A DNA stretch of 54,785 bases, counting the filler, from a bacterium (GTDB lineage: Bacteria; JALSQH01): assembly GCA_026985515.1 (NCBI GenBank). It is 3 parts of 3 records of this genome, joined end to end, with 100 filler letters (N's around TTAATTAATTAA, not from the genome) between each part and the next. Parts side by side here need not be neighbours in the genome. Positions count along the whole stretch, not along the records: positions 15,557 to 38,103 come from JALSQH010000263.1; 2 more parts are not named here. The stretch is one strand, 5' to 3'. The notes beneath the pieces were generated by a model, which was not told the origin of the DNA, did no database searches, and saw only the letters and a program-made list of their open reading frames with translations. Both the position numbers and the translations under genes were made by a program. Positions 28,718 through 38,203 of the stretch are shown piece after piece; position 1 is the first letter of the stretch, and the number at the start of each line of letters is the position of its first letter.

Positions 28718-30440
28718 TAACCCTGTGGCTCCTCATGCATCATTTTGAAAGCCATCAATCCGGGTGGCCACTTGTGTTCTACTGGATCAACATCCACATG
28801 AATAACTGCACACCTGCCACTTTCAACGGCGTCTTTCAGAGCCTTTCTGAAATCATCCACATTATCCACCCTGACCCCAAAGGCTCCCATGCTTTCAGCC
28901 AGTTTATCCCACTTTATTTCTGAAAAATCTGTGTTTATCAGCTTTTCCTCAGGCAGTTTTCTCTTCATCATGGTGGTATTTTGATCAAGCATCATCTCCT
29001 GTGTCAGCTTGGCCATACCCCACTGTCTATCAGATACAACTATGAAAATCGGCTTAAGACCATTTCTCACAGCAGTTTCTATCTCCTGAGGATGGAAACC
29101 CATTGCTCCATCACCAATTATGCAAAAAACTCTTCTATCTGGAGCAGCTATTGAAGCACCCAGGGTCTGACCAACTCCCGCACCAAGCATTCCGAACTTA
29201 AAAGTCGTTATGAGAGTATTGGGCTCATTATGGCGGTATCACCACCATCAACAACACAAATCGCATCATCACCAAAGAACTCCCTCGCTACCTTCGGTAT
29301 AAAAGCTGTAATCATGGGCTTCTTACTTCTGTTTTCTTCACTCAATTTTTCATCATACAGTTTTCTTCCCTGCTCTTTCATTTTGACAAGCTCATCTATC
29401 CTTGCCTCTCTGGAATTTCTGTCAATCTGGTCCTTTCTCTTTTCCACTTCCTCAATCAGCATTTCAAGAAAGAGCTTTATGTCTCCAAGAATATTGAGCT
29501 CAGCTGGCCTGTTTAATCCCAGGATAGAATCGTCAACATCCACTCTTATCATTTTCTGAGTGGAGGGATCTCCCCACATTGGAACCTTGCCCCAGAAATC
29601 TGTTTCACCCAGTCTTGAACCCAGCACAAGCACAAGATCAGATTCTGTCTTCACCTTCAAAACCACATCCACATAAGGTAGTGGAACAGCATATCTGCTG
29701 TCATCAGGGATTGAACCTCTGGCTCACCAGCTCGTTGTAACTGGTGACGAGAGTAACTCTGCAAGCTTTTTCAATTCCATAAATGCCCTCGCATGAACCA
29801 CTCCCGTTCCAGCATGAATAAGAGGCTTTTCAGAATTTACCAGCATATCTGCTGCTTCCCTTACAAGATCAGGAGGCGGGTAGATCCTGTGAATTCTTCT
29901 GTACTGATGGGGTTCCCAGAGGGGTGGTTCTTCAACCTCGGCATTCATAAAATTTTCAGGAATATCAATATGAACCACCCCGGGTCTCCCCTTCCACACT
30001 TCCCTCAGCGCCTTCATGACAATTTCAGGAATTCGCTCCAGAGAATTTACCGAGGCACTCCACTTTACAACGTTCTTAATCGTGTCAACCTGGTTGAAAT
30101 ACTGATATGCACCACCTATGTCTGGATCTGTAATCTGCGGTCTTCTTTTGCTTGTGATGAGAAGAACCCTGTTCCCCTCTGCATTTTCAACAGTTATACC
30201 TGGTAGAATATTTGCAACACCTGGACCATTAGATGCCATACATACACCAATTTTTCCCGTAACCCTGTAATAGGCACCAGCCATGTGGGCTGCCATTGAT
30301 TCATGCCTCGGGGAAATCAGCCTGATACCATACTTCTTAAGAGTTGAGTAAAATCCGAAGTAGGTTCCATCAATTATGCCAAAGACATACTCCACACCCT
30401 CCCTGGCAAGAATTTTTGAAATTATTTCTCCACCATACAT
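28717..30440 (-). pseudogene. TPP-dependent enzyme (acetolactate synthase/2-hydroxyacyl-CoA lyase superfamily), disrupted
   Basis: Three track ORFs form one gene: RHE..AAHMA, GPGVAN, GRPGVVHIDIP, middle domain, GDGAMGF. In-frame TGA at 29724-29726 (TTSW*ARG) and a frameshift near 29229 (DGGDTAI / NEPNTLITTFKFGMLGAG). Confidence 0.9.
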
Positions 30441-30458
30441 GAATATCCTCCTTTTTTC

Positions 30459-30494
30459 TTAACAAATGTTAATGGAAATCCCTCTAAAAGGCAA
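30459..30494 (-). promoter_or_regulatory. Promoter TTGCCT-N17-TAACAT overlapped by palindrome TTAACA-N2-TGTTAA
   Basis: Upstream of the AGGAGG SD of the TPP enzyme operon. The palindrome at 30459-30472 covers the -10. Confidence 0.4.
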
Positions 30495-30577
30495 GAGAAG
30501 AAGAGAAATACCTTCCCTATCAGTTACAAAATAGAACTAAATAAGGGTGAAATCCTTCGGCTCGGCAATTTTTACTT

Positions 30578-31243
30578 CTACTCTGGTTCTATGGGAGCAG
30601 TTTCAATACTTTTATCCGCCTCTTCCGGAAGGGACTTAGTCCCTTTCAAGATGTTGTAAACATGCACAATTGACATCCAGGAAAGCGGAATTGTGACAAG
30701 GAGACCTATCCCGGCAAAAACTCCGCCGATAAAGTTGATTACCAGAAGAACAAGTAACAGCACAAAAATTCTCCACTTTGCTCCCTTAGTTATTTCTCCG
30801 CTCCTCTTCAGTGCCTCAATGGGAGAAAGATTTTCATCAACTATAAGAAAAGAGAAAAACAGATATTTTATTGCCCATATGATACCGGGGATAATAAGCA
30901 AAAGTAACCCAACATCAACAATCAGTATATACAGAACTGATGCTATAACGTAAGATGGAAGATAATTGAAAGCTGTGAAGAGATCTTTTATCTCCGCCTT
31001 TTCCCCCCTGCTGAGTTTTAAGAGGAACTTGACCAGTCCAACCCAGACTCCCACTTCAAAAATCAAATATGCCAGAGGAATGATGGCCAGGGGTCCTGCA
31101 AAGAAATGTGTTGAAAGGAAAATGCCGATGTAATAAATGAGAAACACAATAATTACTGTTAAAAGTAACAACCAGAAATTTTTCGTCGTGGCAGTCCAAG
31201 CATACTTGATAATTTCATTGCTTGTAAAATTTTTTTCACGCAT
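30578..31243 (-). CDS. DUF975-like integral membrane protein
   Basis: Multi-TM; GLLLLIIPGII..IKY.F, IEALKRS.EITKG.KW. ATG 31243 follows GGGAGG. Confidence 0.8.
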   Translation of the reverse strand: MREKNFTSNEIIKYAWTATTKNFWLLLLTVIIVFLIYYIGIFLSTHFFAGPLAIIPLAYLIFEVGVWVGLVKFLLKLSRGEKAEIKDLFTAFNYLPSYVIASVLYILIVDVGLLLLIIPGIIWAIKYLFFSFLIVDENLSPIEALKRSGEITKGAKWRIFVLLLVLLVINFIGGVFAGIGLLVTIPLSWMSIVHVYNILKGTKSLPEEADKSIETAPIEPE

Positions 31244-31346
31244 ATGGCATCCTCCCCAGATTTTTCTTTGCATTTTATCATTAAATTTTAATTTTTGCAA
31301 CACATAAAATCTGGAACTATGCGATAAAATTAGCTATAATTTCCCT

Positions 31347-33077
31347 GTGAAGCTGAAAAGTTCTGTTCTGTTGCTTACAATTTTAACAATAATTATAAAC
31401 AGCTGTGGAGAGACTTCTGAAAAAATAATCTTTCCCCAGGGGGTAGCATCCGGTGACCCCACTCCTGAAAGCATCATTATCTGGACAAGGGCGGTTCCAT
31501 CAGAAGAATCCAGTGTGATGGTAAATTACCAGATTGCAAGGGATCCTGATTTCAAAGAAATTGTTAAATCAGGCGTTGTCACAACCTCAATTGAAAGGGA
31601 TTACACCATACATGTTAAAATTTCAGGGCTATCTCCCTTCACCCATTACTATTACAGATTCATATCAGGTAAATACACTTCTCCCACGGGAAGAACCCTC
31701 ACTGCACCAGCTCCGGATTCTGATGTACAGGTAAAATTCGCCGTTGCCTATGGACAGTCGTATGTTGGAAGATACTTCAAAGCCTATTCCCTTATGCTCA
31801 CCAGGGACAGCGACATTGACTTTGTACTTTTCCTGGGAGATTATGTTTATGAGGCTACATATGTAAAGGATGCAATTGTTCCAACACCCGATAGATTTCT
31901 CAAATTTCCAGACGGAGGAATGATTATATCCTCCGGTTACTATGGAGCAACCAGAGTGGCATGGACCCTTGAGGACTACAGAACTCTGTACAGAGTATGG
32001 AGAAGTGACCCAGATCTGCAGGAGATTCACAGAAACTTCCCATTTATCGTTATGTGGGATGACCATGAATTTGCAAATGATTGCTGGAGAGACCATGCGG
32101 AAAATTTCAATGGAAGAATAGGGGACGAGAATGAAACCGAAAGGAGGGAAGCTGCCACAAGAGCCTTTTATGAATATATGCCTGTGGATGTGGAGTATCA
32201 TCCAGAAAAAGGTTATCCCGATGATATAACCCTGTACAGGAGCTTCAGATATGGGAAAAATGTTGAAATCTTCCTGACCGACCAGAGATACTACAGAGAC
32301 CCACCAGCAATACCACCCGGACCGGTAAATCTTGAAACTGGTAAAATAATGGCAAACAATATTCTGGGAGCGAGAATTCTTGTCCCCAAAGAAGCTTATG
32401 ATTCCATCGAGAGTAAAGCCAGACCCACCATGCTGGGGCACAGGCAACTCAACTGGTTAATTTCAGGCATAAAAAACTCCACTGCAAAATGGAAGGTGAT
32501 TGGAAATCCCACCATGTTATCACAATTCCTCATAGATCTCAGAAATTATGATCTGCCTCCCAACCTGAGAAAATTATTCTACTTTAAACTTGACCAGTGG
32601 GATGGATACAGAAGTGAAAGAAGGTATCTTCTGAAAGAGCTTGAAGGAACAGAAAATGTGGTTTTTCTAACCGGAGACCTCCATGCCTCAATAGCATCCC
32701 CTGTTTATGTTGATTACGATCTACCTGTTACACCTGTTGCTGTGGAATATATGGGACCAAGTATATCTTCAGTCTCTCTCCAGGAACAGTTAAAGGCGGC
32801 TCTTGATTCCTCACCTCTCCTTCAAATTGTTGGAAAAATTTCCAGACTAAATCAGATTATATCAAGTAGTGAAGAAGTTGTTCTAAGAAGCAACCCATAC
32901 TTTAAATTTGTAGATCTGTCTGATTATGGATACGCTGTCGTCAGTTTCAGTGCTGAAAAACTCACGGTCGAGTTTGTGTTATTTAGAGATGTCTTTTCAG
33001 GTAAGATCCCGGAAAATTACAGAGTGGTGAGGTTTACCACCCCTGCAGGGAGTCACGAAATTTTACCCCAACGGTAA
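31347..33077 (+). CDS. phoD: Alkaline phosphatase D (PhoD) family lipoprotein
   Basis: FPQGVASGDP..IIWTR, LGDYVYE, WDDHE, DQWDGY, LTGDLH. Lipobox-like IINS-C. Confidence 0.9.
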   Translation: MKLKSSVLLLTILTIIINSCGETSEKIIFPQGVASGDPTPESIIIWTRAVPSEESSVMVNYQIARDPDFKEIVKSGVVTTSIERDYTIHVKISGLSPFTHYYYRFISGKYTSPTGRTLTAPAPDSDVQVKFAVAYGQSYVGRYFKAYSLMLTRDSDIDFVLFLGDYVYEATYVKDAIVPTPDRFLKFPDGGMIISSGYYGATRVAWTLEDYRTLYRVWRSDPDLQEIHRNFPFIVMWDDHEFANDCWRDHAENFNGRIGDENETERREAATRAFYEYMPVDVEYHPEKGYPDDITLYRSFRYGKNVEIFLTDQRYYRDPPAIPPGPVNLETGKIMANNILGARILVPKEAYDSIESKARPTMLGHRQLNWLISGIKNSTAKWKVIGNPTMLSQFLIDLRNYDLPPNLRKLFYFKLDQWDGYRSERRYLLKELEGTENVVFLTGDLHASIASPVYVDYDLPVTPVAVEYMGPSISSVSLQEQLKAALDSSPLLQIVGKISRLNQIISSSEEVVLRSNPYFKFVDLSDYGYAVVSFSAEKLTVEFVLFRDVFSGKIPENYRVVRFTTPAGSHEILPQR

Positions 33078-33084
33078 ATCCCTC

Positions 33085-33113
33085 TTGACATTCCAATCAA
33101 TTTTTCCTACACT
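33085..33113 (+). promoter_or_regulatory. Sigma70 promoter TTGACA-N17-TACACT
   Basis: Consensus -35, upstream of the acyl-CoA dehydrogenase SD AGGAGG. Confidence 0.7.
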
Positions 33114-33142
33114 TAATAAGTAAGTAAAGACTTACTTATTAA
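33113..33142. promoter_or_regulatory. Perfect 13-bp inverted repeat, probable repressor operator
   Basis: TTAATAAGTAAGT-AAAG-ACTTACTTATTAA spanning the predicted +1. Confidence 0.65.
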
Positions 33143-33161
33143 AATTTAAAAGGAGGTTGTT

Positions 33162-34334
33162 ATGGCTCTTGACTTCAGTTTAACACCTGAGCAGGAACAG
33201 ATAATGGAAGCAGTGAGAAAATTTGCAGAGAAGGAGATATCTCCCGGAGTCATTGAAAGGGATATCAAAGGAGAATTCCACTGGGAAGGATGGAAAAAAG
33301 CTGCTGAATTTGGACTGACGGGTATGCCCATCCCCGAGGAGTATGGTGGTCAGGGTTACGATGTTATAACCACAATGGCTGCCATGGTGGGTCTGGGAAA
33401 AGGATCAAAGGATCAGGGATTCAACCTCTCTCTTGGGGCCCATCTTGTGATATGTACAATTCCCATCTGGCAGTGGGGAACAGAGGAGCAAAAGAAAAAA
33501 TATCTGCCCAAACTGGCATCTGGTGAATGGATCGGTGCCTTTGCCCTCACGGAACCAAATGCCGGTTCAGACGCCTTTGCACTGAGGACAAAAGCGGAAC
33601 CAACACCTGATGGAAAGTACTACATACTCAATGGTACCAAGATGTTCATAACAAACGGACCAATTGCCAATGTTGTCCTTGTGGCTGCAAGAGTTGGAGA
33701 AGGAAAAGGTGCTCAGGGTCTGACAGTTTTTATTGTTGAAACAGGCTATCCCGATTATGTGGAAGGTTTCTCAGTGGCTCAGAAACTTGACAAAATTGGA
33801 ATGAGGACCTCTCCCACAGGAGAACTTGTTTTTGAGGATCTGAAGGTTCCAGCTGAGAATGTTCTTGGTGGAGTGGGAAATGGAGCCATGGTTCTCATAG
33901 ACACACTTACATGGGAGAGAAGTCTCCTGATTGCGCCTGCCATAGGCAGTATGGAGCTTGGTCTTGAAAGGGCTATTAAATACTCTCTGGAAAGGTACCA
34001 GTTCGGTAAACCCATTGCCAAATTTCAGGCAATACAGCACAAGATAGCAATGATGAAGGTTTACCTTGAGGCAGCAAGGTGGCTGGTCTACAAAAGTGCA
34101 TGGTTGAGGCAGCAGGGGATTCAATCAGTCCTTGATGCTTCTATTGCCAAACTTTTTCTATCAGAAGTGGGAATTAAAATGGCCCTCGACGAAATTCAGA
34201 TCCATGGTGGATATGGTTTAATCAGAGAATATGAAGTGGAAAGAGGTTTGAGAGACGCACTCCTTGCATCCATAGGGGGAGGTACATCAGAGATACAGAA
34301 AACAATCATAGCAAGAACACTTCTTGGAATTTAG
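33162..34334 (+). CDS. Acyl-CoA dehydrogenase
   Basis: FALTEPNAGSDA, LNGTKMFITNG, GMRTSPTGEL.F, RYQFGKPI..FQ, QIHGGYG, IGGGTSEIQ. Confidence 0.95.
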   Translation: MALDFSLTPEQEQIMEAVRKFAEKEISPGVIERDIKGEFHWEGWKKAAEFGLTGMPIPEEYGGQGYDVITTMAAMVGLGKGSKDQGFNLSLGAHLVICTIPIWQWGTEEQKKKYLPKLASGEWIGAFALTEPNAGSDAFALRTKAEPTPDGKYYILNGTKMFITNGPIANVVLVAARVGEGKGAQGLTVFIVETGYPDYVEGFSVAQKLDKIGMRTSPTGELVFEDLKVPAENVLGGVGNGAMVLIDTLTWERSLLIAPAIGSMELGLERAIKYSLERYQFGKPIAKFQAIQHKIAMMKVYLEAARWLVYKSAWLRQQGIQSVLDASIAKLFLSEVGIKMALDEIQIHGGYGLIREYEVERGLRDALLASIGGGTSEIQKTIIARTLLGI

Positions 34335-34335
34335 C

Positions 34336-34362
34336 CCCGTTACCAGGGAAGGGTATGACGGG
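34336..34362 (+). terminator. Imperfect hairpin between convergent genes
   Basis: CCCGTTACC...GGTATGACGGG with a downstream T-rich tract. Confidence 0.35.
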
Positions 34363-34372
34363 AGGGGGGATT

Positions 34373-35260
34373 TTATTTTTCTTCAATAAGAAAATTTAGA
34401 GGGTTGACGGGAACTCCGTTGACCCTAACTTCATAGTGCAGGTGTGGACCGGTGCTCCTTCCAGTGGAACCAAGCAGCCCTATTACATCCCCTCTGTTTA
34501 CATGGTCGCCCTGCTTGACCAGGATCTTCTCAAGATGTCCAAACACCGTAGAGATCCCATATCCGTGACCCAGGATAATCACATTTCCATAACCCCTCGC
34601 CCAGCCGGCATAAAGGACATATCCTTCCGCAGGTGCCTTTACAGGAGTCCCGGGAGCATTTGCAATATCAACACCCTCATGAAACTGAAGGGTGTGAGTA
34701 AAAGGAGAGATTCTGTAGCCAAAACCAGAAGTAATCCACCCCTTAACAGGCCATATGGAGGGTACGGAAGTTAAGTAACTGAGACGATCGTGGAAAGCAT
34801 CTATTACACTCTCAAGATCCTTTTTGATTTCATCGTAGTAAAGTCTTGGGTCTGAAAGAGAGTCGTCTATTTCTGAAACAACCCTGCTTTCAACATTCAG
34901 GTTATCCTCCTGGGCTCCGTCACCCCTTGCCACCGTATCACCAGAAACCACATTCCAGTGTACAAGCTTCTTAACCCTTTCTGCAAAATTTCTGAGGGTT
35001 ATCATCTCACCCTTCATAACTTCGGTATGTTTCTGCAGTCTGCTGATAATCAGTTTAAGTTCCGCGTTCTTTCTGGATAAACTTTCATTTACCGAATAGT
35101 ATCTGTAAAGGGAAATCCCGAAAACCACCGCTGATACTGAGAGAAAAATCAGTAGAAAAAACAGAGACTTAATAAGAAAATATTTTCTTCTGTCAAAGGA
35201 AAATTTTACTTTTCTGCCCTTTTCAAGATCAAAAACAACTACTTCCACTCTCTTTTTCAA
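34373..35260 (-). CDS. M23 family metallopeptidase with N-terminal TM and coiled coil
   Basis: PSIWPVKGWITSGFGYR, HEGVD, GSTGRSTGPHLHYEV. Probable TTG start at 35260 after GAGGT (the track starts at 35341). Confidence 0.92.
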   Translation of the reverse strand: MKKRVEVVVFDLEKGRKVKFSFDRRKYFLIKSLFFLLIFLSVSAVVFGISLYRYYSVNESLSRKNAELKLIISRLQKHTEVMKGEMITLRNFAERVKKLVHWNVVSGDTVARGDGAQEDNLNVESRVVSEIDDSLSDPRLYYDEIKKDLESVIDAFHDRLSYLTSVPSIWPVKGWITSGFGYRISPFTHTLQFHEGVDIANAPGTPVKAPAEGYVLYAGWARGYGNVIILGHGYGISTVFGHLEKILVKQGDHVNRGDVIGLLGSTGRSTGPHLHYEVRVNGVPVNPLNFLIEEK

Positions 35261-35337
35261 ATCCCACCTCTCTTGCACTTTTAAAAATAAAACACAAAAC
35301 GGCTCATTTGTCAAGTATTCATCAGAGAAAACAGAAT

Positions 35338-36120
35338 TCACTCCTTTTTATCAGAGAAAAACTGCTTTTCCATTTCTCTATGACGCGGTGAGTCCCATAA
35401 TTCTGCAAACAACTTTCTCTCCAGCAGGAATGCCTTCTCAGGTGTTCTACTGGAGTAATCATAAATTATCTGCTTGTAATATCTGATAGCATCCCTGTCG
35501 CTACCAGATAGAGAGGATATTATCTCAACTGCCCTCTTTTCCGTTTCATTCACTCCAACAAGAAAATCAACAAGACCTATTTCATGGGCAAATCTACTGT
35601 TCACAGGGGCACCTGTGGTGAGCAGGTAGAGGGCTCTGGAAGGACCAACAATTTTATCAAGACGGGTGGCACCTCCCCATCCCGTTATAAGGCCAAGTTT
35701 TACCTGCTTGAACTGAAAAACCGCATCGCTTCCCGCGATTCTCATATCAGCAGCAAGAGTTAACTCCGCTCCACCTCCAATAGCATAACCCTCCACGGCA
35801 GCAATTATAAGAAGAGCCCTCTTCTGCCAACCACTCAATTTTTCCCCGTAATATCTGGCCATCTCGTAACCCTTCTGATAATCATCAAGGGATAGAAAAT
35901 ATTTGAGGTCACCACCCGATGAAAAATACTCATGAGAAGTGGAAGAAATCACCACTCCATATTTCCCCTCTTCTTCTGCCTTCTTCACAACAAGATCAAT
36001 TTCATCCAGCATATCCGGATCAATGGCATTTTTCACTTCCGGTCTGTCCATCTTCACAATGTAGTATTCTTTCCCCTCTACCAGTTTGATTCTGCTGAAT
36101 TCATACGAGGTCAAACTCAT
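35338..36120 (-). CDS. Enoyl-CoA hydratase/isomerase family protein
   Basis: RPEVKNAI, FSSGGDL, GYAIGGGAEL..AADMRI, GWGGATRL. Confidence 0.92.
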   Translation of the reverse strand: MSLTSYEFSRIKLVEGKEYYIVKMDRPEVKNAIDPDMLDEIDLVVKKAEEEGKYGVVISSTSHEYFSSGGDLKYFLSLDDYQKGYEMARYYGEKLSGWQKRALLIIAAVEGYAIGGGAELTLAADMRIAGSDAVFQFKQVKLGLITGWGGATRLDKIVGPSRALYLLTTGAPVNSRFAHEIGLVDFLVGVNETEKRAVEIISSLSGSDRDAIRYYKQIIYDYSSRTPEKAFLLERKLFAELWDSPRHREMEKQFFSDKKE

Positions 36121-37258
36121 GTTTCACCAACCTCCTTCCTATTATCAATCTCTGTATTTCACTTGTACCCTCAATAATCGTCATCAATCTCGCATCCCTG
36201 AAGTATCTTTCCACTGGAAATTCCTTAGTGTAGCCAAAACCACCAAAAACCTGAACGGCGTCCCGGGTTACCTTCTCCGCCACTTCTGTGGCAAATAATT
36301 TTGCCATGGATGCCGCCTTGGCATAATCCATTCCCATATCCTTCTTCCACGCCGCCTTGTAGATCAGCAACCTCGCAGCTTCAATATTTACTGCCATATC
36401 CACTATCTTATGCTGAATTTCCTGAAAATCGTAAATCTTCTTACCAAATGCTACTCTGTCCTGTGCATACTGGTAGGCAGCTTCATATGCGGCAATGGCT
36501 ATACCAAGAGCCCTTGCAGCAACAACTATTCTTCCATCATTCAGAAGATGCATGACAGAGTAAAAACCTCCCTCATCAGGACCGAGTCGGTTTTCCTCAG
36601 GTATAACACAATCTTCAAAGATCAATTCAGCTGTAGGGGAGGGATTATTCCCCAGTTTTCTGATTATTCTTCCAATTCTGAAACCTGGAGTCCCCTTTTC
36701 AACCAGAAACAAACCTATTCCCTTATATCCTTTGGAGAAATCTGTCTGAGCAACGAGTGTGATAACATCGGCTATGGGTCCATTGGTCACAAGAGTTTTT
36801 ATGCCATTGATAATGTATTTATTCCCCTGCTTTTTCGCAACAGTTCGTATGCTTTTCAGATCAGAGCCTGCGGATGGTTCAGTGGAGGAAAAGGCAAAGA
36901 TTTTCTCCCCTTTCATGGCAGGAATAAGATACTTCTGCTTCTGTTCCTCCGTACCGAGGTGAAGAATTGCTTCAGTTCCTATGGAAGATTGCACAATGAG
37001 AGGACCTGCGATTCCTGAATTTATTCTGCCAAGTTCTTCTGCATAGATGGCGAATGTAACCATATCCAGGCCTGCCCCACCATATTCAGGAGGATAGGTT
37101 ATTCCCAAAAGTCCAAGTTCTCCAAATCTCTTAAAAAGTTGAACGGGAAATTCACCTTTTTCCTCTGCTTCCTCCACATAAGGAAGAACTTCCTTTTCAA
37201 AGATTTTTCTGAACTGCTCTTTGTAAATCTTCTGCTCTTCAGTTAACTTGAAATCCAT
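36101..37258 (-). CDS. Acyl-CoA dehydrogenase
   Basis: STEPSAGSD, INGIKTLVTNG, RVAFGK, QVFGGFGY, IEGTSEIQR. Confidence 0.95.
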   Translation of the reverse strand: MDFKLTEEQKIYKEQFRKIFEKEVLPYVEEAEEKGEFPVQLFKRFGELGLLGITYPPEYGGAGLDMVTFAIYAEELGRINSGIAGPLIVQSSIGTEAILHLGTEEQKQKYLIPAMKGEKIFAFSSTEPSAGSDLKSIRTVAKKQGNKYIINGIKTLVTNGPIADVITLVAQTDFSKGYKGIGLFLVEKGTPGFRIGRIIRKLGNNPSPTAELIFEDCVIPEENRLGPDEGGFYSVMHLLNDGRIVVAARALGIAIAAYEAAYQYAQDRVAFGKKIYDFQEIQHKIVDMAVNIEAARLLIYKAAWKKDMGMDYAKAASMAKLFATEVAEKVTRDAVQVFGGFGYTKEFPVERYFRDARLMTIIEGTSEIQRLIIGRRLVKHEFDLV

Positions 37259-37284
37259 AATACCCTCTCCTGGTTTTTTAATTG

Positions 37285-37313
37285 ATTATAATGTCAATTT
37301 TTCTTTCTGGCAA
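37285..37313 (-). promoter_or_regulatory. Sigma70 promoter TTGCCA-N17-TATAAT
   Basis: Upstream of the AGGAG SD and ATG 37258. Overlapped by the imperfect palindrome AATTGA-N8-TCAATT. Confidence 0.6.
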
Positions 37314-38103
37314 ACAGTTCCGGGTATTTTTCCCGCAAAAAGTGCAATTCCTCATCTCTATTTTTCAGCCCCTTTTCAATTTTCGCAATTTGCAGAGACC
37401 TCAAAATCTCCCCAAATACAGGACCCGGCTTCAGTCCCAGCTCAATTAAATCTTTTCCAGTTATTTCGGGTCGCTGATATCTCCACCTCCTGAGATATTC
37501 AGATATTTTCCTCCTGACATCATCCTCCGATACACTGAATATGTACAGCAGATATTCAACAGGAACATCCTTCAACTTAACAGTCAGCTCACCCGGAGAA
37601 AGGTTCATCAGAACAACCCGGTTAATTTCTTCACCCGTTTGATGGCCCGAAAGAGTTTCTCCTCGAAATTTTTCTCAGGAATTAAAATTGTGAAAAGATC
37701 CTTTAACTTCGTCTCACCAAGGTAATCTGCAAGGGCAATCCAGTAGACAAATTTTTCTTCAATCTTTTCACCTGTGTAAAGCATTCTGAACCAGGAAAGA
37801 GTGTTTCTTACTTCGTAGAGAATATTTAGGAACTCCCCTTTTACTCTGATTCCCCTGATGAGTCTCTCAATTATGCCTTCTTTCTCCATTATAAGGAATA
37901 TCTCGGGTACCCTCTCCTCCTCCATAACCCTGTCAAATTCGTGAAACAATCTACCTGTGGGAAATCTTCTGAATATATCCAGCTGGAGAGCACTTCTCAT
38001 GATTTTCCTCGTTCCTCTGCCTATTCTGAATTCCAGCTTCCCGGCAAATCGCGCAGCTCTGATTATCCTTGCAGGATCCTCTATGAAGGAGAGTTGATGG
38101 ATC
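37294..38103 (-). pseudogene. C-terminal half of a class II tRNA nucleotidyltransferase (probably A-adding type), frameshifted; 5'-truncated by contig end
   Basis: From the contig edge it reads IHQLSFIEDPARIIRAARFAGKLEF (EDxxR motif), in frame with 37608-38000. The tail ITGKDLIELGLKPGPVFGEIL is in another frame (37294-37608, TGATG overlap). Could be a sequencing error. Confidence 0.75.
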
Positions 38104-38203
38104 NNNNNNNNNNNNNNNNNNNNNNNNNNNNNNNNNNNNNNNNNNNNTTAATTAATTAANNNNNNNNNNNNNNNNNNNNNNNNNNNNNNNNNNNNNNNNN
38201 NNN
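38104..38203. other. Artificial contig linker (N44-TTAATTAATTAA-N44)
   Basis: Identical to 15457-15556. Confidence 0.97.

Noticed and set aside
29724-29726. In-frame TGA read as Gly (code 25) or selenocysteine
   Set aside because: TGA is a normal stop for lemA, htpX and guaB here. No convincing SECIS follows, the position is not a Cys site, and a second lesion disrupts the gene anyway.
31665-32447. 260-aa antisense ORF in phoD and other long shadow ORFs (21281-21796, 24538-25095, 36410-37018, 46269-46787, 48293-48787)
   Set aside because: They lie almost entirely opposite well-supported genes, have no motifs and show atypical composition.
25679-33077. Phosphonate biosynthesis cluster (Fe-ADH, TPP enzyme, PhoD)
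   Set aside because: No PEP mutase in the window, and the TPP enzyme has three-domain ALS-like architecture rather than that of phosphonopyruvate decarboxylase.
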